64,000 bases of DNA, from positions 93,806,001 to 93,870,000 of the forward strand of contig NC_043002.1 in NCBI RefSeq assembly GCF_006345805.1. Direction: 5' to 3'. Of this stretch, positions 1 to 11,139 are shown piece by piece. Positions within the stretch are counted from its first letter, which is position 1. Each line of letters begins with the position of its first letter. This DNA is from Octopus sinensis. Lineage: Eukaryota. The notes below the pieces were generated by a model. The model made no database searches, was not told the DNA's origin, and saw only the letters and a list, made by a program, of their open reading frames with translations. The position numbers were made by a program, and so were the translations under genes.

Positions 1-195
1 CCGAGCTAAACCCGCTCCCACTCCATCCGTAATGTCTTCCGGTCTGTTCTTCATTCGATTTCTTCGATTTCTTCATATTTTTGTAATTTTTGTAAATTTT
101 TAAATTCATCTTTTTGTAATCCCATTCGTGTATCTGACCTCACATCAGATTGTATTGTCCCCTCTATGTTCGCCCCTAGTGGGTAATAAAAAAAA
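1..195 (+). mobile_element. probable 3' UTR end of a LINE (T-rich tract, ending tgtcccctctatgttcgcccctagtgggtaataaa + A-tract)
   Basis: Last ~40 nt match the 3' tail of the SINE at 53727-54136 (tgtcccctctgtgtttagccccttgtgggtaataaa); AATAAA followed by A run. Confidence 0.4.
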
Positions 196-197
196 CA

Positions 198-334
198 GAT
201 TATGGCAGCAGTCACCAACTTAAACAAGGAGACCGTCGAGAGGAGTTGCAGGAGATTCCGAAGTCATCTGGAGACCGTGGTTGAAGCCAATGGCGATTTT
301 ATTGAATAAATTTACTCGTTAGTATTTCAAGATA
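198..334 (+). mobile_element. 3' fragment of maT (DD37D)-type Tc1/mariner transposon
   Basis: Closely matches 30461-30595, the C-terminal transposase end of the element at 29416-30679. Confidence 0.8.
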
Positions 335-613
335 ATGATCTGGTACGCGCAAATCCAAGGCCGCGCGACCAAGATCAAACGTTTACGTATGTCCCTCAAC
401 AGCATTGGCCAGTACACGCACACGTTCAAGGTCATACGCAGTGCCACGCTCACGCACATACATGCACAGGATGACTAAGTGTCTACGCGGGAAAACGCTT
501 TTTGTGGTGTTTACTTAATGTAAAGTGGATTCAAGTTAGAAAAACATAGGGCATTTGTGAAGTGAGGAAAACCCAATCAATTTGCGGTAACAAACAAAAA
601 GTTTATTATGTGC

Positions 614-1702
614 AAGTTAAGGCTAAAAGAAAGCAGTTGTAATTCAATTTGAAAGGGGAAGCCCGTAAGGGATTGTTATAGGTAAACTCTAATCAAATTA
701 AGATTTCACACACCATAAGTAATAACCTGAGTACCCTTGTCACCTGCTATGTAGATAGCGAACGATTCGACCTCAGGCTGAATGCGAACTCAACAAACGA
801 TGGTTATGTGTATTTTCAAAATAATGCTGTGGTGCGGTCAAATTCGAGTTTTTCGCTTTCTGCTTCCTCTTTTTTTGTCCGACTATGACGCGTGCACACT
901 CCCGCTAACTGAAAGCTTCAAATCATGTGCTTGTTGTTCGTTTCCGGTGTTTCAATAAAAAGTTCTTACTAAAGTAGTGCAGAAACACTGTATGACTCGT
1001 GAGTTCTAGCCTTGAATTGTCTTAGGTACCAGTGAGCTTCTGTTTGTTTAGCTATAAAATTGGGTAAGAACAAAACTCAGGCTTTTTACAGATAAAGATT
1101 GCTTCATTTTATGCTAAATCGCTTTCTTTGTTTTCGGAAATTATGTTCGCCTTTCCATCGCATATGTTTTTTAACACGTTTGACTGAGCCTTTGCAGATT
1201 CTGAGCCCACCCAGAGGTGCAGCTGCACTGGGTAATTAATCATCGCAAATTTGGCGGCTTTGTTGAAGATGAAGGGGGAGCATGTTAGAAAATCGATAAA
1301 GACCACCATGAAAGCAAACCTTCACCAACAAAATGGAATGAATAATCAGCGCTGACAAAGTTTAAAAATTTTCTAGCGAGCGGGGAAATGTGACTGGAAA
1401 TTAATTAGTATCTCAATTTTCACTCGTATCTCAAAACACAAGAGCATGAAATTTCGCTTAAGAAAATCTTTGTATCTTAGGTCATTCGTACCTCAAGTTG
1501 AAGCTAAAAGGTTGCAGTCAATTTAAATGCGGAAACCCGCAAGGAATAGTTTTATTGAGTTTCCACTGATTGATTGGCAATTTTGGTAAACTCGAATCAA
1601 ATTAAGATTTCTTGCACCAAAAGGATCACCCTGATAACCCTATGCCCCTGCTGTGTAGGTAGCAAATGATTCGATCTTAGGCTAAATGCAAACAAAGAAA
1701 CG
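614..1702 (+). repeat. diverged ~190-bp direct repeat pair (614-800 and 1495-1702)
   Basis: Shared blocks such as ggtaaactc.aatcaaattaagatttc, cctgct.tgtag.tagc and gattcga.ct.aggct.aatgc. Confidence 0.7.
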
Positions 1703-2059
1703 TTTTTTATGAAAACCCCTTGGGTGGGGTGGGGGGTCAACTTACCCATTTTTCATTTTTAATCCTACCTGAATAAAACATCCTGGGCTCTCGCTGGATA
1801 ACTTAAATCAACCGAAAGCATAAAAGTAAAACCCTTCCTAAATAGATTCATTGAATAGGCTCCAACTCTTTTATGGCATACTTAAGGAATGATAGCATAT
1901 CAAGCATATTTGATCTTTCATGAAAATCCCGCTCTCTTGTCTTTCACTTGGTCTAACTCGTTAATTATTCCCTGCATTTCTCAAATCAAAAAAGCGTGCA
2001 TGTTTGAAAGCCAAAACACATGATGTCACTTCTTCGTAAAACACAAAAATGCGCTGAGT

Positions 2060-2418
2060 CATACAGACTGTCTGCAAATGCGCACGCGCATTCAACTGTC
2101 AAGGGTAAAATTATCTCTGTCCAATCAAAAATAACTGGCAGTCTATTGGCGTATCGAGCTGTACGCACGAACCGCGTAAAAATTTCTATGTTTTACCGAT
2201 TTTGAATGGATATGCCCATAACTTGTGAGCATAAGGAGTCGGTTTATCGATTTAAAAATTTTTTTGTGGGGTGACTGGGGAAATGAAAAGATCTTCACGA
2301 CCACCTTCTGACAATTTTGAAAGCCCATAGAAAATGTGAGCCTTTTATGTGAAAAACTGTGGATTTGTATAAAGGACACACAGATACACAGACATTTTGC
2401 TGTTTATAGATATAGAGA
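2060..2418 (-). mobile_element. non-autonomous Helitron-like element, 5' part
   Basis: Reverse complement aligns with the 23905-24252 element (TC...tataaac.gcaaaat.tctgtgt start, tttccccagtcacccc, gatacgccaat). Confidence 0.65.
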
Positions 2419-2739
2419 TATATCTGCTATATATAAATTGGCTAAAGAAATTAACCTGCAATTTAATGCGGGAAAATTCAAGTATTCTGCTATCAGCCAG
2501 CTTTTTCCAACACACTGCAACAAAGATATTTTGAACCAAAAGGAACGGCAAACCCAAAGTCAAACACAATGCGTGAACAGAGCATTAATGTGAACAACGA
2601 TGTTTCGTTTCATGTACAAATCACCAAGATGGTAGCAATGCGCAGGCGAATGGCCAGAAGGACCAGAAAGCCATGCTGATCTCTCAGTTGTCTATCCTAC
2701 TGCTCTGAAATATGGTCACAACATAGTGTCAAATTAATA

Positions 2740-3190
2740 GCAGAACTTAAAGTAGTTCAATACTGTTACGCAAAGAAGACTGCATCAATGAAATAATTGA
2801 ACTGGTGTGACAGGCTGAAAGTATTACACTCTACATCCTGGAACGAATATAAAATGTGTGGTGCTGTACATATGGAAGATTCTGGAGGGGATAGTTTCAA
2901 ACTTCGGTATCGAGAGTTACACAAACTCCCAAACAGGAGGCCACTGTACTGTACCTAAGATTCCAACCACTCCGTCTAGAGTAAGGAGCAGATATTGCAG
3001 TAGCTTAGGATTCACGGGCTCACAGTTGTTTAATATCCTGCCCAAAACTGAGAGAACTACATGGAATGGAGTACATGTTTTCAAGAAGCACCATAACTTT
3101 CTATTTCCAAGATCCCAGACGAGCCTATATCACGGCAAGAAACTCAAATGATGGCAGCAATATCAAACGCCTTCATACATCACATCATTA
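2740..3190 (+). mobile_element. decayed CR1-group LINE, 3' end of ORF2
   Basis: Translation contains VLYIWKILEGIVSNFGI...SRVRSRYCSSLGFTGSQLFNILP, resembling CR1 ORF2 C-termini; stops and frameshifts. Confidence 0.6.
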
Positions 3191-3786
3191 ACAAATACGT
3201 GCATGCTTATATTCTATACAACTAGTACTATATTATTAATTAGCTGTGTGCGAAATAATTTGTGATCGGTTGAAACTATTGATGGTGTGAGAAAGAGAGA
3301 GAAGCGAGGAGGGAAAGACCGACCGACAGGCAGACATTGTAGAGGGACACAGCTAGCGAAACCTAAAACACAACTATTGAAATATAAAGTACTTAGTGAC
3401 TCGCGTTTCACATGAAATAAATTCTATCGTTATTCACATTTAACTATGAGTATGTAGAAACACATAGACATATAGAGACTTGCATAGAGCTCGCTAGTGC
3501 ATGCGTTGCCAAAGGGAAAGCTTTGCATACAGAACGCCAGTAGTTTTCAGGCGTTACCGAGAGAGAGTTCGTACCGTTTGGAAGTATTTCTCTTGGAGGC
3601 TTTACACTGCTTCCATCTCACTGATGTGAGTCGTGCAGGTCTAACTTGCCATGTAAGTTAATAGGTACCTACCTCACATCTATATATCACTTTTCTAACC
3701 AAGTTTCTTCAGCCCTTTTTAGCAATATCTAATAGTCATCACAACTGTTGACTGAATTCCTTTCAAGATAGCGTTAGCTTTACAAT

Positions 3787-4173
3787 GTGGAGGCGCAATG
3801 GCCCAGTGGTTAGGGCAGCGGACTCGCGGTCGTAGGATCGCAGTTTCGATTCCCAGACCGGGCGTTGTGAGTGTTTATTGAGCGAAAACACCTAAAGCTC
3901 CACGAGGATCCGGCAGGGATGGTGGTGATCCCTGCTGTACTCTTTCACCACAACTTTCTGTCACTCTTACTTCCTGTTTCTGTTGTATCTGTATTTCAAA
4001 GGGCCGGCCTTGTCACTCTCTGTGTCACGCTGAATATCCCCGAGAACTACGTTAAGGGTACACGTGTCTGTGGAGTGCTCAGCCACTTACACGTTAATTT
4101 CACGAGCAGGCTGTTCCGTTGATTCGGATGAACCGGAACCCTCGTCGTCGTAACCGACGGAGTGCTTCCATCC
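3787..4173 (+). mobile_element. tRNA-derived SINE (head A, tail 1), full length
   Basis: A box tggcccagtggttagg, B box gtttcgattccc; TSD agctttacaatgtg at 3776-3789 and 4174-4187; close to the copy at 29727. Confidence 0.9.
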
Positions 4174-4616
4174 AGCTTTACAATGTGTCACAACAATTGA
4201 TAACACTTATCCTCTAAGTATGGTTTCAATATAACCTCTATATTCAACCTCTGCAGGAAAGTGTGCTGCACATCAACAAGCATCTTCACTGTCTTCTACT
4301 AGCACTTCATAACGCTCGTCTTTCCTAACCTCAGCAGCATCAATATTGTGGAAACAGTTAATTGATTAAGATATACTTCCCTACATTTCTCACTCCAGAT
4401 TATCAAACCAGGCTTCTTATTTGCTAGAATTAGAAAGAGATGTTTACACCTTAAAACATCTGTTGCTACCTATCAAACTCCATCCCAATTCTCCTCATTC
4501 ACAGCTTTCTTCTGTTTTAAGTAACCTTCTTGACCCAAAAGGAACAAACGTGATAAACCGTTTTTCTTCGGTTTCTTGCAGCCATTGATAATTTCCATCT
4601 GCCTCTAAACAGTATT

Positions 4617-4619
4617 ATA

Positions 4620-4691
<72 letters not shown>
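4617..4691. repeat. (AAT)n microsatellite
   Basis: Pure AAT run. Confidence 0.95.
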
Positions 4692-4753
4692 TCAATTTAG
4701 AAATAGTATTTTTCATTATTGAATTGATGAAAGGTGTTTTTTTTTCTAATATA

Positions 4754-4916
4754 TCATCATCATCATCATCGTTTAACGTCCGCTTTCCATGCTAGCATGG
4801 GTTGGACGATTTTGACTGAGGGCTGGCGAACCAGATGGCTGCACCAGGCTCCAGTCTTTTTTTGGCAGAGTTTCTACAGCTGGATGCCCTTCCTAACACC
4901 AACCACTCCGAGTGTA

Positions 4917-4917
<1 letters not shown>
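4754..4917 (-). mobile_element. 3' part of a SINE with (TGA)n tail, ending at the (TA)n that holds the ribozyme array
   Basis: Minus strand reads ...aagggcatccagctgtagaaac...gcatggaaagcggacgttaaacgatgatgatg. Confidence 0.6.
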
Positions 4918-4959
<42 letters not shown>

Positions 4960-5360
4960 CGTATATTTGCCATCTCAATATGGCTACCCCTAAGGGTGGA
5001 TGCTACTGTAGTTTTTAGCCCCAGGAGGACACACTCCTCCAGCTGGCCATAGAACTCGAGTCCGTGTGTATCATAAGTTGAAGACGGGAAGGATGACTTC
5101 CTTTGCAAATACTGACAGGACACAGAAAGTGTGTCTATGGCCAGCTGGAGGAGTTGTCCTCCTGGGGCTAAAAACTACAGTAGCACCACCCTTAGGGGTA
5201 GCCATATTGAGATGGCAAATATACGTCACGATGTGTTACCGCTACTGTTATAACTCACTTGATATTTATCATTGTTTGATTTCACTTTTTCAATATCAGC
5301 GACAGTGGACGCTGGAAAAAGTATAAGTTTTGTGAAGGAAATCTAATTCTCGCCGACAAC

Positions 5361-5423
5361 TATGATTGTCACACACCTGACGGAGAGGTCAATACCTCGA
5401 AACTCGAGTCCGTGTGTATCATA
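5361..5423 (+). ncRNA. type I hammerhead ribozyme, copy with single-base indels (CUGACGGA core)
   Basis: tatgattgtcacacac-ctgacgga-gagg-tcaata-cctc-gaaa-ctcgag-tc-cgtgtg-tatcata; extra bases in the core, loop II and stem I may be mutations or consensus errors. Confidence 0.6.
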
Positions 5424-5712
5424 AGTTGAAGACGGGAAGGATGACTTCCCTTTGCAAATACTGACAGGACACAAAAGTGTGTCCTATGGCCAGCTGGAGA
5501 GTGTGTCCTCCTGGGGCTAAAAACTACAGTAGCATCCACCCTTAGGGGTAGCCATATTGAGATGGCAAATATACGTCACGATGTGTTACCGCACTGTATA
5601 TAACTCACTTTGATATTTATCATTGTTTGATTTCACTTTTTCAATATCAGCGACAGTGGACGCTGGAAAAAGTATAAGTATTTGTGAAGGAAATCTAATT
5701 CTCGCCGACAAC

Positions 5713-5772
5713 TATGATTGTCACACGCTGACGAGAGGTCATACCTCGAAACTCGAGTCCGTGTGTATCATA
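5713..5772 (+). ncRNA. type I hammerhead ribozyme, intact
   Basis: Stem I CACACG(5722-27)/CGUGUG(5760-65), extended by UAUGAU/AUCAUA across an internal loop; core CUGACGA(5728-34); stem II GAGG/CCUC with UCAUA loop; GAAA(5748-51); palindromic stem III ACUCGAGU; GUC cleavage triplet ending at 5759. Confidence 0.92.
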
Positions 5773-5974
5773 AGTTGGAAGACGGGAAGGATGACTTCCC
5801 TTGCAAATACTGACCGGACAACAGAAGTTGTGTCTATGGCCAGCTGGAGGAGTGTGTCCTCCTGGGGCTAAAAACTACAGTAGCGTCCACCCTTAGGGGT
5901 AGCCATATTGAGATGGCAAATATACGTCCGATGTGTTACCGCTACTGTATATAACTCACTTTGATATTTATCAT

Positions 5975-6006
<32 letters not shown>

Positions 6007-7147
6007 GTCACTGCGAGAATATATTACCTCATAAAGGGATGATTTCATCCAAATTAGACTGGTTTAATATCTTATATTGTTACACACACACACACACACA
6101 CACACACGTATATATGTTATCATCTGATACTGTTAACAATGTCAAGGTTGTCGTATGAGATGGTGACGGTGGTGCGTAGCGTAATCGTGAAGTAGCTTAT
6201 GTTTGCTATGTAAGCGCCACCAACTCTAACAGAAAAACTATGCCCAAACACATTCACATTTTCCAGTAGTGAATATGCCATTGTCTGATGTGTCCTTTCT
6301 TTTTTAAGATGATGGTGGATGTAATCTGAAGAAAATTTGGCTGGTATTTCTTGCAAAGCGTAAGAAGCTTCCTCGTTTTCTCGTATTGTTTGCTGGGATT
6401 TGCTGCGGAGACTTTGGTAGTTCAGAGCAAAATTATTATAATACATGATGGTTCCAGGATACTGTTTATAGGCAAGAGTTGTTTCTTTATGTAAACTCAA
6501 TGTGGTGTCTATAAAGGCTTTCGCATGTTGTTATTTTTTTTTTCTATTAAACAACATATCCCGTGTGTGCCGTGCTTATTTTTTGCGCGCGCGTATGTAC
6601 GCGCGTGTTTTGATATGTTTATGCTGTTGATTAACCGGTTGCATTTGGTATTCTTTGGTAAGAAGCGGGATGGCGGTAGCAACAATAGTGGAAGCAGTAT
6701 AAGTAAGATGGTAGTTGCTAAGCGTTGGTAGCACTAATTGTAGTTAGGGTGGGGGTGGGGGCAGTGAAAGTAGAAATTACTAGCAGTGGTACTGCTGCTA
6801 CAACTGTAAGTGTTACTTATGCTGCTGCAGCAGGTGGGTGGTAGCGATAGCTGTGCTGGTGCTAATACTTATGTTGGCAATGATTTTATATCACAAATAA
6901 TGGTCGTATTTTTAGAAATCCCGACACGTCTAGGATGCATTAAATTAATACCAGGCAAGTGCAGGCATCTTCCGTTGCATTCCTGAAAATCTCGCTGTGA
7001 TGGGGAATTCCTGAACGTGAAACTTATTTTCCATTGACTTTCATATAACATGAATGTCTTTTGCGTTAAGGAATTCCGCTTTGCGTCCAAATTTTCATGA
7101 AGTCCATGCTTACATATCTTCACACACATATGTACGCTTACATATTC

Positions 7148-7640
7148 GAGGTGCGTTCAAAAGGTATCCGACTACTTTTCCCCCAGCAAAACTAATGCCA
7201 CATGGGCAAAATCCTTTTGAAGGGAAGTGACGTCACCCTTCCTGCGCATACGAAAGAATTTACGACTTTTACGCCTAGAGTACTGACGTGTAATGCACGC
7301 TCGTCCAGTTTTCGGTTTTACGCAAGATGATCGAATGCATGTTTCATCACCAGTGATGATAATCTTCATGAAATCTGGGCCGTGGTTTGCACAGTCTAGC
7401 ATGTCCTGAACAATTCCCATGCAGAGTTGTTTCTCTGCTCCGTCAGCACCGTGGGGACGAATTTCACAGACACATTCCGAATGCACAAATTTTCCCTTAA
7501 AACGAAATGCACTGACCCTGTATTTATTTCCCTTCTGTGAGCAATTTCCTGGATTGTTATACGACGGTTTTCGTGTATATATTTTAATGAAAACATCGCC
7601 GAGAAAACAAATACACCGTTGCTTTCGAAATTTAAGTACG
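7148..7640 (-). mobile_element. mariner transposon fragment
   Basis: TIR-like cgaggtgcgttcaaaaggtatccgact at 7148; minus-strand peptides ENRRITIQEIA, VSVKFVPTVLT and PDFMKIIITGDET (first catalytic D). Confidence 0.8.
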
Positions 7641-7841
7641 ACATTGTAAATATTGTAAATTATTCTCGATTAATTTGTAGTAATGTGAAAAGTTAGATTT
7701 AATTCAGGTTCGGCTTAATTCGGGAGCACAAAAAATAGAAAACCCCATACAGTTGCGCTTATTCCAAATGAGAAGTGTATGTAATGTTTGACGTAATATT
7801 TAAGGAGAAACACATTCACTCTCCAACTCACTGACACACAC

Positions 7842-7882
<41 letters not shown>

Positions 7883-8467
7883 ACACACACACATACACAC
7901 ACACACACACACACACATACAAGCACACACGCATAAACATACACACACGCACTATGGACAACGAATTTAGTTGAGTTAGAGCTTAAAGTTCTTGATAGCC
8001 GCAAAAGATGCAAGAAAGATATGCAATACAATAGTCAACAAGAGAGGAAATGCACTAAGTGTTTGGTCTTTACTTCAGCTTTATTATTATTATTATTTTG
8101 GGGTTTCTTTGTCAAGGCTCTTCCGCCACACATTAACATAAATAAAAACCATTCACTTTCTCTCTATGACGCACGAAAACACTTCACTGTAGAGTATTTT
8201 ACTTAGAATTAAACTGCTACAACCACATCTGTTTTGGGAAATTCCAGAACACGAAAATTAAATTTCTAAACGCCCATTTGAAAGACTTCTTTTTGCTTGA
8301 AAACAAAGACATTTCCTCTCTGGCTGACTTTTATATTCATATCCTTCCTGCATCTTTTGCTACTACCAAGAACTTTAAACTTTATCTCAACTTAAGATAT
8401 ACATTTCATGGGTATCTCCTCAATTCGTCGTTCATAGTGCGCGTGTGAGTGTTTATGCGAGTGTATT

Positions 8468-8515
<48 letters not shown>

Positions 8516-9833
8516 TGTGTGTGTGTGTGTGAGTGGGTGAACTGGTGATTGAATTTGTTTCTCCTCAAATATTACATCAAACATTACATATACTTCTCAT
8601 TTGGAATAAACGCAACCGTATGGAGGTTCCCTATTTTTTGTGCTCCCGAATTAAGCCGAACCCTAACTTTTCACACTACAAATTAATCGAGAATATTTTG
8701 CAATATTTACAATGTTGCACGCCTTCTCGGACTTAACGATGAAAATAAGGCTATGTTTATTATTAATGTTACTGTTAGCCCCAAGTCAGCTGTGATTAAG
8801 CAGACTTGTGATCAAAGACATTTCAGGCACAGTGCATCAAGACTTGCATAAACTTCAATTAATTTCTTTTTATCTTTCAGTCAGGAGGGAAGCTGGTCTC
8901 CACGAACCCTTACAGGGCCTTCGAGACTTGTGGGAAGAGAGAAAATATATCCTCAAGCCGAAAAACTACCCTCAATGCTGGCAGTAGGTAGTCGTACAAA
9001 CGATGCGATGGAACAATTTCAAACGGTAGTGTGTAAAGACGGAGATTTGGTTGTCATTTTGTGGTCATTCGATCTATCATGTAGGGGTTACCTTAAAGAC
9101 CTGGGTTGTAGTCTGTCAAGTTCGAATTCTCAGGATGTTACTCTGTGTGTGTGTATGTCAGGATGTCCGTATGAGTGTGTGTGTGTCTCTGTCACCCACC
9201 ACTGATTGACAACATGTGTTCGTATGGTTACGTCCCCGTAAGTTAGCGGCTCGGCAAGAGAGCCCAATAGGTTGTGGACATAACTATATAGGACAGGCAA
9301 GTAGGGCACTTAGACGGAGAATCATACTACATAAAGGAATAGATCCGTTTCCCAAAGTACAGGCAGATTCCTTTGAGTGAACACATAGAGAGATGTGCAG
9401 GTAATATCTTCACAGTTTTCCCCATCTACCAGTGCAAAGAAACAATTTTTATCGAAAAATACGGAACACTCCTAAATATGAATGCATAACCAACTTTGGT
9501 TTCAGTATATATTTTACCCATCACTGTACATATTTCATCTTACTACTTTACCTTTTGAGTTGTTGTATATTTATTTATCCTCCCCATAAAAAAATGAGCA
9601 GTTACCTCCGCTGTCCCGAATAGATTTCTTGTTGATTCATTCAAAACTTCCTTCCAAGAAAATGGGCTAAAATCTTCTAAGAAAATACGAAATTACAATA
9701 ATTTCAATGTCATGGTTAGCGAAAACGAAACCGATCGACATACACAATAGTCTTTCACTTATAAAATATATAAAAAATATATTAAATCTATGTAAACTGA
9801 GTGCATTTTCCTTCTTTATTTTAATATTATATC

Positions 9834-9865
<32 letters not shown>

Positions 9866-9910
9866 GATATTATAATATATATATATATTATATATATATA
9901 TAAAGGTCTA

Positions 9911-10313
9911 TTACTCTTTACTCTTGTACTCTTTTACTTGTTTCAGTCATTTGACTGCGGCCATGCTGGAGCACCGCTTTAGTCGAGCAAATCGACCCCG
10001 GGACTTATTCTTTGTAAGCCCAGTACTTATTCTATTCGGTCTCTTTTGCCGAACCGCTAGTAACGGGGACGTAAACACACCAGCATCGGTTGTCAAGCAA
10101 TGCTAGGGGGACAAACACAGACATACAAACACACACATACATATACATATATACGACAGGCTTCTTTCAGTTTCCGTCTACCAAATCCACTCACAAGGCT
10201 TTGGTCGGCCCGAGGCTATAGTAGAAGACACTTGCCCAAGGTGCCACGCAGTGGGACTGAACCCGGAACCATGCGGTTGGTAAACAAGCTACTTACCACA
10301 CAGCCACTCCTGC
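9911..10313 (-). mobile_element. SINE family B (tRNA-like head, internal microsatellite, gtaaaaga tail)
   Basis: Reverse complement of the copies at 26937 and 61886. Confidence 0.9.
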
Positions 10314-10994
10314 AATTTTCAAGATTCTTGATGTGAAATCGTGAATTGAAACAGATATTGTTATACTGGTGATGGCCATATTTTGCTAATTAAACACATG
10401 CTATGCGGTTGGTCTTCAGCTTTATTGTTATTATTTGGGGGTTTCTTTGTCAAGGCTCTGCCATTCCACATTCTGTGATCTTCTTGACGATTTTTTATTC
10501 TGCGTATCTCCTCTTATTTTTCTTAGTCCATAATATAATACTAGCGTGAATATTTCAAGAATCAATGGTAAACCTATTGGGTTATTTCTGAAAGCTTTAT
10601 CCAAGAACTTAAAAGCGTTGCTTGTGTTGTATCTGTATGGAAAGATAGTCGCTCACCTGTTACTCATTGTAAAATGAAAGAAATCGGAATTCGCTGATTA
10701 CTTGAAGCACTTTATATATACTTTATATACTTTATGCACAATTTTATAGACTTAATACACAGCACTCATAAAATAAATATTTACTCATATCTTTCCATTT
10801 TCCCCATAAACAAAAATAAAAAATATCCCGTACATATGATACAACCTTTAGTTAAATTGCATATATCTGCCACGTAAGCTTGAATATTTCACGGAATTGC
10901 ACTTATGCATATAGGTGATATACAAAACTTAGTTCAATTAACAAAAAATACACTTTTCACTATCCAATCACCACCATCCCTACCATCACCGCAG

Positions 10995-11078
10995 CCACCA
11001 CCACCACCACCACCACCACCACCACCACCACCACCACCACCACCACCACCACCACCACCACCACCACCACCACCACCA
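10995..11078. repeat. (CCA)n microsatellite
   Basis: Pure CCA run; source of the poly-P, poly-G and poly-W ORFs. Confidence 0.95.
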
Positions 11079-11139
11079 ATGACTGAAACAACTAAAAGAG
11101 TAAAAGAGTAAATAGTACACACACATACACACGCACAAA

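Larger units (their letters stand above)
4956..5975 (+). mobile_element. hammerhead-ribozyme tandem array (non-LTR retrozyme-like): ~2.6 units of ~349 bp plus 5' inverted segment, inserted in (TA)n
   Basis: Motif aactcgagtc|cgtgtgtatcata recurs with predicted cleavage after 5062, 5410 and 5759 (spacing 348 and 349). 4956-5053 is the reverse complement of 5134-5229. (TA)n on both sides. Confidence 0.88.

Noticed and set aside
2010-2170. Promoter with CCAAT and NRF1-like motifs
   Set aside because: The motifs fall within sequence homologous to the Helitron at 23905-24252
3787-3862. tRNA gene (also at the other SINE heads)
   Set aside because: A and B boxes are present but run into SINE bodies bounded by TSDs; these are tRNA-derived SINE heads
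5053-5975. CRISPR array or coding repeat (ORFs 5066-5326, 5623-5871)
   Set aside because: Whole units repeat with no unique spacers; frames are not preserved between units; eukaryotic context
6120-6500. 126-aa minus-strand ORF
   Set aside because: Non-ATG start, no recognisable domain or splice signals
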